Positions 38,212 through 50,138 of a stretch of 64,000 nucleotides of DNA are shown here, in pieces. Every line of letters begins with the position of its first letter. Position 1 is the stretch's first letter. The notes beneath the pieces were generated by a model. That model did no database searches, was not told where the DNA came from, and saw only the letters and a list, made by a program, of their open reading frames with translations. The stretch comes from Mobula hypostoma (taxonomy: Eukaryota): contig NC_086108.1 of the NCBI RefSeq assembly GCF_963921235.1, positions 58,530,001-58,594,000 on the forward strand, in the 5' to 3' direction. Position numbers and translations under genes: made by a program.

Positions 38212-38706
38212 AGCTATGCCTGCCTTCTTGTTATGGGCACCCGTATGGGTCCCAGCTATGCCTGCCTTTTTGTTGATGGGCACCCGTATGGGTCCCAGCT
38301 ATGCCTGCCTTTTTGTTATGGGCACCCGTATGGGTCCCAGCTATGCCTGCCTTTTCATTATGGGCACCCATATGAGTCCCAGCTATGCCTGCCTTTTTGT
38401 TGATGGGCACCCGTATGGGTCCCAGCTATGCCTGCCTTTTTGTTGATGGGCACCCGTATGGGTCCCAGCTATGCCTGCCTTTTTGTTATGGGCACCCGTA
38501 TGGGTCCCAGCTATGTCTGCCTTTTCATTATGGGCACCCATATGAGTCCCAGCTATGCCTGCCTTTTTGTTGATGGGCACCCGTATGGGTCCCAGCTATG
38601 CCTGCCTTTTTGTTGGCATTGGCACCTGTATGGGTCCCAGCTATGCCTGCCTTTTTGTTGGCATGGGCACCCATATGGGTCCCAGCTATGCCTGCCTTTT
38701 TGTTGG
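38212..38706 (+). repeat. Tandem array, 11 full units plus 1 partial unit of 42-45 bp, derived from Penelope RT coding sequence
   Basis: Unit AGCTATGCCTGCCTTTTTGTT(G/GGC)ATGGGCACCCGTATGGGTCCC; lengths 42,43,42,42,43,43,42,42,43,45,45; native copy at ~38740-38783. Confidence 0.97.
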
Positions 38707-40199
38707 TCCTCCCACTTCCTCCAAACTAAAGGTGTAGCTATGGGCACCCGTATGGGTCCCAGCTATGCCTGCCTTTTTGTTGGCTTTGTGGAACAATCTA
38801 TGTTCCGTGCCTATTCTGGTATCTGTCCCCCACTTTTCCTTTGCTACATCGACGACTGCATTGGCGCTGCTTCCTGCACGCGCGCAGAACTCGTTGACTT
38901 TATTAACTTTGCCTCCAACTTTCACCCTGCCCTCGTTTACCTGGTCCATTTCCGACACTTCCTTCCCCTTTCTAGATCTTTCTGTCTCTGTCTCTGGAGA
39001 CAGCTTATCCACTGATGTCTACTATAAGCCTACTGACTCTCACAGCTATCTGGACTATTCCTCTTCTCACCCTGTCTCTTGCAAAAACACCATCCCCTTC
39101 TCACAATTCCTCCGTCTCCGCCGCATCTGCTCTCAGGATGAGGCTTTTCATTCTAGGATGAGGGAAATGTCTTCCTTTTTTAAAGAAAGGGGCTTCCCTT
39201 CCTCCACTATCAACTCTGCTCTTAAATGCATCTCCCCCATTTCACGTACATCTGCTCTCACTCCATCCTCCCGCCACCCCACTAGGAATAGGGTTCCCCT
39301 GGTCCTCACCTACCACCCCACCAGCCTCCGGGTCCAACATATTATTGTCCGTAACTTCCGCCACCTCCAACGGGATCCCACCACTAAGCACATCTTTCCC
39401 TCCCCCCCCGCATTCCGCAGTTCCGCAGGGATCTCTCCCTATGCAACTCCCTTGTCCATTCGTTCCCCCCATCCCTCCCCACTGATCTCCCTCCTGGCAC
39501 TTATCCGTGTAAGCGGAACAAGTGCTACACATGCCCTTACACTTCCTCCCTTATCACCATTCAGGGCCCCAAACAGTCCTTCCAGGTGAGGCAACACTTT
39601 ACCTGTGAGTCGACTGGGGAGATATACTGCGACCGGTGCTCCCGATGTGGACTTTTATATATTGGCGAGACCCGACGCAGACTGGGAGACCGCTTTGCTG
39701 AACATCTACGCTCTGTCCGCCAGAGAAAGCAGGATCTCCCAGTGGCCACACATTTTAATTCCACATCCCATTCCCATTCTGACATGTCTATCCACGGCCT
39801 CCTCTACTGTAAAGATGAAGCCACACTCAGGTTGGAGGAACAACACCTTATATTCCGTCTGGGTAGCCTCCAACCTGATGGCATGAACATCGACTTCTCT
39901 AACTTCCGCTATTGCCCCACCTCCCCCTCGTACCCCATCTGTTACTTATTTTTATACACACATTATTTCTCTCACTCTCCTTTTTCTCCCTCTGTCCCTC
40001 TGAATATACCCGTTGCCCATCCTCTGGGTCCCCCCGCCCCTTGTCTTTCTTCTCGGACCTCCTGTCCCATGATCCTCTCGTATCCCCTTTGCCTATCACC
40101 TGTCCAGCTCTTGGCTCCATCCCTCCCCCTCCTGTCTTCTCCTATCATTTTGGATCTCCCCCTCCAACTTTCAAATCTCTTACTCACTCTTCCTTCAGT

Positions 40200-40237
40200 T
40201 AGTCCTGATGAAGGGTCTCGGCCTGAAACGTCGACTG
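40200..40237 (+). ncRNA. Minimal hammerhead ribozyme, intact core (predicted cleavage after C40232)
   Basis: TAGTC-CTGATGA-AGGGTCTCGGCCT-GAAA-CGTC-GACTG in the Penelope 3' terminus. Confidence 0.85.
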
Positions 40238-43200
40238 CACCTCTCCTAGAGATGCTGCCTGGCCTGCTGCGTTCACCAGCAACTTTTATGTGTGTTGCTC
40301 TATATGTTAGATCTGGCTTTACTCCATGCACTTCTTTCATTGCTCTATCGCTCCGGATCCCATCCCCTCGCAAATTAGTTTAAACCCTCCCGAACCATGC
40401 TAATAAACCTACCTGCAAGGATATTGCTCCCCCTCGAGTTCAGGTGCAACCCATCCAATCTGTACAGGTCCCACCTTCCCCAGAAGAGATCCCAATTATC
40501 TGAAAATCCAAAACCCTGCTCCCTGCACCAACTCCTCAGCCACGCATTCAACTGCCATCTCCTCCAATTCTTACCATCACTGTCACGTAGCACTGGCAGC
40601 AGTCCTGAGAACGCCACCCTTGAGGTCCTGTTCTTCAGCCTTCTGCCTAGTTCCCGAAACTCACACTTCAGGACCTCATCCCTCTTCCTGCCTATGTCAT
40701 TGGTCCCAACATGTATCATGACTTCTGGTTGCTTTCCCTCTCGTACCAGGATGTTGTGCACCCGGTCAGAGACATCCCGGACCCTGGTACCCAGGAGGCA
40801 ACAAACCATGCGGGTGTCCTTCTCATGTCCACAAAATCTCCTGTCTGCTCCCTTGACTATCGAGTCTTCAATTACAATAGCTCTCCTCTTCTCCATCCCA
40901 CCCTTCTGCACCACAGGGTCAGAGTCAGTGCCGGAGGCCCTGCCACCGTGGCTCACACCTGGTCGGTCGTCCCCGCCAACAGTATCCAGGACGGTAAACT
41001 TATTATTCAGGGGAATGGCTACAGGGGTGCTCTGCACTACCTGTCTGCTCACCTTTGCTTTCCCCCCTCATTGACCTAAGTTGAATTGTTTGAGGAGTCG
41101 AAAGCTCTTAGGCAGTTTTGGATGCTAGAATTTAGATGTTTGCCAGACTTCCAGTGCCTACAACAGATTTAAATTCCCAGTGTGTGGATGTTTAATACAG
41201 TTTACTTTTAAACTGATGACATGGAGTTAAATTAAACTAATAATTAGAGGTTGACCAGAGCAACGCAAGAAAGAAGCAGACACTCTGCAATAAAACTGAC
41301 TTGGGTATCAATTATAACTTAAAAATGACTGGAAAAAATATCTGGATGACAGGATAAATATTTCCAGATGAATGAGCAAGATATGGTCAGTGTGATATCT
41401 TGAAATACTCAAGTGGAATATCACTGCGAGTACCACTAGTGGAATGATTTGTGGTTTATTAAAGAAGTGTTTATATGTAAAATTATAATAATTGTGATAA
41501 GCATTGACTTTTTTCATTACTTCTACACCTGAAGTCCAAATTCGAGTTTTTTCCAGATACGATAAAGTCTAGCTGTTTCACCAGTCATTTTTCTTTTCCC
41601 TTTGCTTAAAAATAAAACATTTGTCCTTTTATTTTATGCGTCAAAAATGTGGTTAAAATATTGTCACTTTACCAATGTAGCCAGCCTTCTTTTTGCAATA
41701 CTTGGTCTGATCCTTGTAACCATTAAATTAGGAGATCAGAAGTGAAGCATCCACATGCTATCACCTTAATCCATAATTGTTCAGCTTAAGATTGACTAGA
41801 AATCAATTAGAGCAAAAGCTATTTAAGAACTTTCCTTATTCAAAGATTCAAAGCACATTTATTATCAAAGAATGTATAAATTATACAACCTTGAGATGTG
41901 TCTGTTTACAGGCGGCCACAAAAGCAAGAAACTCAAATAACCCAATTTAAAGAAGACCAGAAAACACTGAGTAGAGAAAGACTACATGAAGTATTATCTG
42001 GATCTTGTCATGAAAAGGGGTTTATTAATGCCATTGTTGTAAATCAGCCATTAGGAAACAAGACCACATGATTTTTTTAATCAAGTTTGATAGCTATAGT
42101 TCAATCTGAATATAGGGTCTTAAATGTAAATGAGGGTTGAGTTGGCTGTGGTTGACTGGGACATTCTATAAAAAAAAGTATGACAATGGACAGACAGTGG
42201 CTAGTATTTAAAGAACTAATACATGATTTGCCAAATCATATTTCTTAAGCCACAAAACCCACCAGGAAAATTGATTCACCTGTAACAGCAAGGAAAATAT
42301 TAAAGATAGTATTGAAAAAATCAAAGGAAGAAGCATATAAAGCTGCCAGGTATAAAGGAAATATTGAATGATTTTTAGAATTTAGCAAGAGGACCAAAAA
42401 ACCAGATAAAGGAACACAGTATGAGAGTAAAATAAAAAACATTAAAAAAATTTATATTTATGCAAAAGGGAAGAAGATAGCAAAGGTAAATGAGGGTCCA
42501 TTACAAATACAGTAGCAGTAAAATTTGTTACAGGGAATAAGAAATGGACAGCAAAATTGTATTTATCTTTATGGAATGTAAAAAGATAGTCTCAGATATT
42601 AGCGAATTGAGGAAAAATAGGTGGTAAAGTTTCTTTTAGAAAATACCAAAGAACTGAGACAAAACTAGCATTAGGTGCTGAGATTTTGTGGCCACGTGTA
42701 AGTATTAAGAAGAGGTACTTATAGAGATGTATTACAAATATTGAAGTCTGGCAGGATAGCAAAATAATGTTCCCTTTATTTTTCAGGACAACATCTTCAG
42801 CAATGAGACCCAAGTTATGTCCATTCAGCTCCCATGTTCCAGTGAGATTGTTTACAGAGTTCACACCAGATTTGTGAAACAGGGATTCCTTTTTGAGCTT
42901 TGAGAGTCGACAAAAGATTTAAAAAAAGTTACTTGTACAGTGTTTTATAAGGTTGTTTTTATATTCATATTTATTGTGATTTTTGTGTTTATTGTGTTTT
43001 TCTATGCGGCATCTGACATAAAGTGACAATTATTCTGTCCTCCTTCACACTCATGTTCTGAATAACAATAACCAATCTTCAATCTGGATAAATATCGAGT
43101 ATGGTGTGCAGCTTGGAAGAGATCTTGCAGATGATTCCAAAGTACTTACTGCTCTTACCTATTGCTCTTCTGAGCTGGGTCTGTGTCAACAGAGAAATAT

Positions 43201-44205
43201 TCAAAAGATTAGAAATAGTTTTTTCTCAGCTGAGGTAAGGCAGCACTTTGACAAAATGTGATTGAAAATCTGGAACTCTCTTTACCAAGCTTTGAGTGCT
43301 GTACTTGGCTTAGAAATGAAATTGATATACTTTATTGATTCAATACATTCAAGATTTCAAAACCAAGATGGAGGGGTGAAGTGAAAATTCAAAAAAGACA
43401 ATATTTAATTGAATGGTGGAGCTTTCATTCATCATTATTTAGAAGACCAGAAACCCCAAAAGTGATTGCCATGTTTTACATAAATATGATCTTATGTCAA
43501 TAGATTTTGCTCAGAGACACCATATGAACATTGAACATTTGATGTATTAGACATATACAAGTCATGTCCAGGAAACAAAAGTGCTTTGCTTAACAGACAT
43601 TCAAAATTCAATCTTGTACATGAGCTGGAAAATACCACAAACTTCACTAAGTATGGTAATCACAACGTGACAATATTGTGAAAATGTATGGCATCAAAAA
43701 CACACAAGACTGATAAGAAATAATAATTACTAAAAGTGGAGAGAGAGAAAAAACTAGTTCTATTACTTATAGGAAGAAATGTATGAATGTAGATCAGATA
43801 TCTTAATTTAACAATACTATGGGAACTCGCTCAGATGTAGGGATGTCCATAAGTCAAGCCTTTGTAACCCAGTGAATGACTGCAGAGATCATAATATTCT
43901 GTATGGGCTATGACATTTGCAGTGTTTATTGTCTGGAAGTATTGAGCTGAATCAAGCTGCGGTCTCAGCCTGCCCTAATATACCTGGGCAGAAAGTGGAC
44001 ATCTAATCTGTTCAGGGAGACAGCCAGAGAGGCATAGCAAGGCTGCAAGTGGATACCCTACTGAATCATCTTCTCTGGAATTCCCTGACAACCTTTGAGA
44101 AGAGGCAGAATTGGCAGCAGATCTTTATCATTTGCTGAAGTTGGGACAAAAAAAAGTACTTCTACAAGCTTCTAAATATAAAGCAAATGAAAGTAGAAAA
44201 TAATT

Positions 44206-45374
44206 TTCATTGACTACAGCTCTGCCTTTAGTACCATCGTTCCAAATAAACTGATTCCTAAGCACTGGAACCTGGGCCTTAGCACTCAGATCTGCAGCTG
44301 GATCTTCAACTTCCTCATAGACAGGACCCAGGCTGTAAAAATAAGGAACAAGCTCTCCTCTACAATCACTCTGAGCACCTGTGCCCCACAAGGCTGTGTA
44401 CTCAGCCCCCTGCTGTACTCACTGTACACCTGTGATTGTGTAGCCAAGTTTCCATCAAACTCAATATGTAAGTTTACTGATGACACAACAATTGAAGGCC
44501 GTATGTCGGGTAATGATGAGTTTGAGTACAGAGAGGAAATTAAGAACCTGGTGGCATGGTCAAAGACAATAACCTATCTCTCAATGTCAGCAAGACGAAG
44601 GAATTAGTTGTTGGCTTCAGAAGGAGTAGTGGACCACACGACCCAATTTACATCAGTGGTGCGCAAGTGGAACAGGTCAAAAGCTTTAAATTCCTCAGGG
44701 GTCAATATCACAAATGACCTGACTTGGTCCAACCAAGCAGAGTCCACTGCCAAGAAGGCCCACCAGCACCTTTACTTCCTGAGAAAGCTAAAGGAATTTG
44801 GCCTGTCCCCTAAAACCCTCACTAATTTTTATAGATGCACCGTAGAAAGCATTCTTCTAGGGTGTATCACAACCTGGTATGGAAATTGTCCTGTCCAAGA
44901 CCGGAAGAAGCTGCAGAAGATCATGAACACAGTGTAGCACATCACACAAACCAATCTTCCGTCCTTAGACTCATTTTACACTGTACGCTGTCAGAGCAGT
45001 GCTGCCAGGATAATCAAGGACACGACCCACCCAGCCAACACACTTTTCGTCCCTCTTCCCTCCGGGAGAAGGCTCAGGAGCTTGAAGACTTGTACGGCCA
45101 GATTTGGGAACAGCTTCTTTCCAACTGTGATAAGACTGCTGAGCGGATCCTGACCCGGATCTGGGCCGTACCCTCCAAATATCCGGACCTGCCTCTTGTT
45201 TTTTTTTTGCACTACCTTACTTTCCCTTTTCTATTTATGATTTATAATTTGAATTTTTAATATTTACTATCGATTTGTAATCCAGGGAGCGGGAAGCGCA
45301 GAATCAAATATCGCTGTGATGATTGTACGCTCTACTATCAATTGTTTGGGGACAATAAAGTAAAGTATAAAGTA
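44206..45374 (+). mobile_element. Rex1/Babar-type LINE 3' portion
   Basis: PQGCVLSPLLYSLYT, KFTDDTT, TLTNFYRCTVESILLGCITTWYG; tail AATAAAGTAAAGTATAAAGTA. Confidence 0.88.
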
Positions 45375-45970
45375 ATTAGGATATTTGTTCACAAATAAAT
45401 AGTTAAATACTTTAAGATAATTAATATACTTCTTTTGCTCCTGATCTTAAGTCTGCTAATCTACATTGAAATGGAATGGAAATAGGTTGGACTAGTGAAT
45501 TGTTTGTAGAAACAGATTGTCATTGTAAAATGGAAAGAAAAACACAGCCAGACTGGACTCTGCTGTTGGACTCTACCTGGAAACCAGCAACAGACGTATT
45601 TGTCTCTCAACATACATCAAGACCATCAACAGCATTGCACAATCCTGGAGCTTATTTTCTTAAGCTGCAGCAAAATGCTTTCAGCCTTCTCTGGAGTTGT
45701 CAGCCAGCGTCAGCATGAGTTAGCCTATTATCTGAATGAAATAAAAATTAATTTCACAATTGTCAGAAGCCAAGAGAGCATTGAAAGCCATAAAACTGAG
45801 GGTCCATCAAGTTGCACCTTTGCAAGATCATGGTGGTTTCACAAACAATTCTACAAATTTAGTTCCATTCACTAAAGTCAATTCAGAGCCTGTACATTAA
45901 TATTTAATCACATATTATCCATTAATAATCCCTATTCAATGTTTAAATTTGTGCTGTTTTGGTTCTAGGT

Positions 45971-46532
45971 TGTAACTGCACCGGTCCAATGAAATAATGG
46001 CCACGCAACATACAGATGTCCTTGAAGATTTATTTTTATTTCTCTCTCTCCTTCTTCAGTAGACACCGTGAAAACTACAAGAGAATAAAAGTCATAAAAG
46101 GTTTGAAACATACATTTCTCAGTCTTTTAAAGTCTGTCAAGCTAGTGTCCACCAATAACAGGCCCAAACACGTTAGCACAGCAGAAGTGTGCTGAAATCA
46201 AATAAATCACTAAAAATGTATCACACTGTTCATATAAAGACACCTCAACAACATTATATAAAACAAATTAAGATAAAAAATTACCATGTGCGCCTCTTGG
46301 ACCACATGCAGAATGAGGTTATTTTAGGGCCATGTGTCTTTCTCTGCTTCCATGTTGGTTCTGACCCATAATACCACAGTCATGCTTTTATCAAACTCTG
46401 ATCATGTGACCCGTTACACTCTACATTAAATAAACCTTACACACAATATTTTATAAATAGGTGATAAAATAATCATGAATTTATGACAAAAACATAAACA
46501 TCTCAATGAAACATGTCCCTAAGACAGTTACA
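45971..46532 (-). repeat. BEL 3' LTR
   Basis: TGTAACTG...CAGTTACA inverted ends; PPT (GGTGGGAG on minus) at 46533-46540. Confidence 0.9.
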
Positions 46533-47821
46533 CTCCCACCAAATTACTATGATTTATGATAACCTTTATACAAATATTTGAATAAATCTAGTAACTTTTG
46601 GAACCAAATAATTGGTACTTGTAACAAAGTCTAAGGTCAAGACGGATACTTTAAACTCTCCACACAGGTGTGTTTAGAAATTAGTTCCCTTGGAACACAC
46701 TTTAGTTATTCTCTACAAGGACAACTAATTTATGAATAGGACGTTCAAGAATGGATGGATTAATGAGACATTGACACTCTTTTCTTAGCCGTTTATTTCC
46801 TAATTGTATTGTGGCTCTTCGCACCAGTCCATCTTCATCTTCACAAACATCAAGCACTCTTCCAAGTCTCCATTCACTACGAGGAATACCTTCCTCATTT
46901 ACAATGACAATATCTCCAATCTTCAGATTTCGTCTTGAAGAGTGCCAGCGCTGTCTGTGGGTGATGTTTGCTAGATATTCCTTCTTCCATCTACTCCAGA
47001 ATTGCTTTGTCAGATATTGCACTCTGCATCACCTTTTCCTGGCATACAGATCTTCTGCCATAAATTTTCCTGGTGGAGGCAGCGGGACAGAAGTTTTCAT
47101 GGTAAGTAAGTGGCTCTAGGCCTTTGGGATCACTGATACTGTCAGTGGTGAGTGGGCGGTTGTTTATAATTGACATGGCCTCATAGGAAAAGGTTCTCAA
47201 AGAAGCATCATCTAATCTTCCAGTGCTCTGTGAGAGGACTCTGCTTAGGACGCTCCTAACTGTGCTAATCTGCCGTTCCCAAACACCTCCCATGTGACTG
47301 GCATCAGGTACGTTCATGGTGAAGTCACATTGTTTTTCGGCCAGGGAAGCCGTCAATCTTTCTTTGTCCACTTCCTTTAAGGCCTTTGTCAGTTCATATT
47401 TCGCTCCAACAAAGTTTGTCCCTTGATCCAATCTGATTTGTCTTACAGCACCACGGATAGCCTTAAAACTCCGTAAAGCATTTATGAAGGCATCAGTTGT
47501 TAAATCTTCCAACATTTCTATGTGAATTGCCCTCGAGGACAGACAGGTGAATATAAGACCGTATCTCTTGTACTCTTTATGACCTTGCTTAGTGTGAAAT
47601 GGTCCAGAACAGTCCATCCCACAGCGTGAGAATGGTGGCGAGGAATCAACACGGTTAGCAGGAAGATCCACCATCTTTAGCTTTTCTGTTGGCCTGCAAG
47701 CTAACACATTGTTTGATGTCATTTGCCACAACTTTGCTGCCACCAACAACCCAGTAACTATTTCCTCTCAGTTCATTAAGGGTTTGTCCTGTGCCTTGGT
47801 GCTGAGTTTTTCAACGGCAGT

Positions 47822-48206
47822 CGTGGCTATCCCTCGAGGTTGAGGATGATGGTCTTCATTCTGAAGAAGTGGCCCACAGAGCGTGTTGCACTCCAAGAAG
47901 CACACGATACTTCACAAATCAACCAACTGATTCCAATGGCATGGAAACCACGACGAATGGAGCTGATGGATTTGTTGCAGCCTTCATCCGCCTTCACAGC
48001 CGTTGAGTTCGAAGTAACTTCATCCCCCTGTTCCACCGTTGAGGTCTTGGTTGGATTGTTCTTTGTCAGGGTCCTCACCCTCGACCTTACCACCATGGGT
48101 GACCCTACCAGGAGCATTGCTCCAGATGGCATTGCTGCCGGGATCACAGGATCACAGGATCACACAAGCTTCTGCACCATGACAAGGTGACAATCCACCG
48201 AGAAGC
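47822..48206 (-). mobile_element. Short non-autonomous RTE-related retroposon inserted in the BEL integrase zinc-binding region
   Basis: Interrupts LDYCH|EKTQHQG; approximate TSD CAACGGCAGT/CATGGCAGT; GGGTGACCCTACCAGGAGC motif resembles RTE 5' regions (from memory). Confidence 0.65.
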
Positions 48207-50138
48207 CATGGCAGTAATCTAGGATCAGACGTGTGACCACACCATCTCCTGGAAGGATTATTGGATGCTTCAAGTCGAGAGGTAAGGAAGCCTTCTTTAA
48301 TCACCTTCCCACCCTGAGGAGACCATTTTGCAATACTGGGTCAAGTTGGAACAATGGATGACTGTGTGGCAGTTTGTGATGACTCAGTATTTGTATTTCC
48401 TCTTTGAAGGCATCCCTTTGTGCCAATTTTACAAGCACAAGACTGGCCTTCCTTCTGTCTTCGACATTTATGGGTTTTGCTGTTTTGGCTAGTTGCTGGA
48501 ACCGGGCAACCACATTCAATGCTGTATGCCATTTTGAAAACCGTTTAAGTCTCTCCAAAAAATTGTCCTCTTTTACCACCTTTGTTTCCTGGGCTTTTCC
48601 TTCTTTGATCAAATGACATTCCTTTCCTCTGAAGCAATCTAATTCATTGACAAGTGAATTATTCTGCATATGAAGTGTCTTTAATGCTTCAGTTAATTGA
48701 TCAATCTTGTCGACATATTTTAGTAATTCCGCCTCCAGGTACTCTCTCTCATTCTTGACTTTGTCTGACATTTCCCAGACATTTTCAACTTCTTCCTGGA
48801 GGACAGATTTGTCATCCTCTAAAATTTTGACTTTTTCATTCAAGTTTATAGTCTCTTGCTGGCAAGCTTTTGTTTCCTGCTCAAGCTGTGTAATTATTTC
48901 ACCTTTTTCACAAGTCTCCACTCTGAGACAAAACTCTAACTGTTGAAGCTTCTCAGGCAGTGAGTGTCTTACTTGCCCCAGGTTGTAAACCTCTCCTTTC
49001 TTGACTGTACAAGTGTTCTCCAGGGATCGCAATTCCGAAGACTGTGACTCACTGACCTGGGACTTGTGGTCAACTTGTGATATGCTCTTTCCCCAGGGTT
49101 TCCATCTCTAACGTCTGAATTAAGGGCTCTAATGACAGTGGTTGGTTTCAATGGTGGAAGTTCCTTGACAGATACACGAAGGCACAGACCTGTCACTTCT
49201 GTTGACTTTGCAACCCGTGGTGAGCTGCCAACAATGCTCCAACTCAGGTCAGTCTTGATGGCATATGGCTCATCGTCACCTCCTGTGATGACAAGCCGTG
49301 GTGCCAAGGCTGTCGCGCAGTCTTAGCCTAACAGGAGTCTGACCTCGCAATCCATCAGCTCTGGTATTTCCTGTGCTATTCTATTCAGATGTTTCCAGCT
49401 TTTGGCTGTTTCAGGGGTAGGAATGTGGGAACGTTCGAATGGGATGAATTCGCTGGTATAGGCAGGTGGCAAGTTGATGAAACTTTGCGAGGAGAACCCT
49501 CTAACTCTAAGCCCACTAACTCTTCCACTCTGAACAATGGAATCTTTTCCCATCATAGTGGTAAGCTTTAACCTGACTGGCTCTAATCCTGACCCCATCT
49601 CCTCGCATACCTCTTGGTCTACAAAAGTGTTGCTACTCTGTGTATCCAGTAGGGCATACACTAAGGTCTCTGTTTTAGGGGTGGTGATTGAAGAAATCCT
49701 TACAGGCAATATCATGGATGTGCTCCCACTATCACCTCTGTTCATGCAGCAAGAAAGGGAAGATGTGTTTTCTTCTGCTTGCATAACATGAGAAGATGTG
49801 TCTGCTGCAGCAGAAGGACGGTCTTCATGAAGTGGTGTTGGATGATGCTTCTTACATATGCCACAAATAGCTTTGCTCTTACAGTCCTTTGAATAATGTC
49901 CTCTCCTAAGACAGCCAAAGCACAGGTTATTGTCCAATATGAACCTTCTCTTGTCCTCCACAATCTTCTTGGCGAGCTTCTGTGGCTTCCTCCACAGCAC
50001 ATGCATGTGACTGGGTTTGAAGATGAAAACAAAGTGTTTACCTTCTTGCATCTGTTTGAATCCTTTGAGCTGTTCTCCACGGCACTGTACGGTTCCATCA
50101 CTGTATTTGATTTATCCAACGTTTTCACATTTCTAATA

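Larger units (their letters stand above)
37821..40297. mobile_element. Penelope-like element: inverted 3' terminus (37821-38210), tandem array, then RT-GIY-YIG body (+, 38707-40297)
   Basis: QTKGVAMGTRMGPSYA, YIDD, FPFLDL, YYKPTDSHSYL, GLLYIGETRRRLGDRF; 14-bp TSD CTCTATATGTTAGA at 37807-37820 and 40298-40311. Confidence 0.95.
37488..41070 (-). mobile_element. CR1 5' portion: ORF1 SGNH-esterase (40375-41052) and start of the APE endonuclease (37488-37745), split by a Penelope insertion and 3'-truncated
   Basis: AIVIEDSIV (GDS-like), IHVGTNDIG, DGLHLN esterase blocks; CVYLNA...DVVAITETWL...GGGVALLVR endonuclease motifs. Confidence 0.9.

Noticed and set aside
38212..38706. CRISPR-like array
   Set aside because: Units are head-to-tail with no unique spacers, derive from the adjacent Penelope RT sequence, and the context is a vertebrate genome with no cas genes.
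38201..39015. Repetitive-peptide ORFs (GHPYGSQLCLPFC / MGTRMGPSYACLF repeats) as a novel protein
   Set aside because: Unit lengths of 42/43/45 shift the frame repeatedly, so the peptides are by-products of the DNA array.
40375..41052. Stand-alone SGNH/GDSL esterase gene
   Set aside because: It is CR1 ORF1, contiguous with the CR1 endonuclease once the Penelope insert is removed, and the GDS block reads EDS.
40397..41074. 225-aa plus-strand ORF and similar antisense ORFs over CR1/Penelope copies (e.g. 33927-34550, 7277-7756)
   Set aside because: Shadow frames opposite retroelement coding sequence with no independent motifs.
41990..42560. Possible host exon(s) in purine-rich sequence
   Set aside because: Looks like a very old decayed CR1 ORF2 fragment; no open frame with splice sites.
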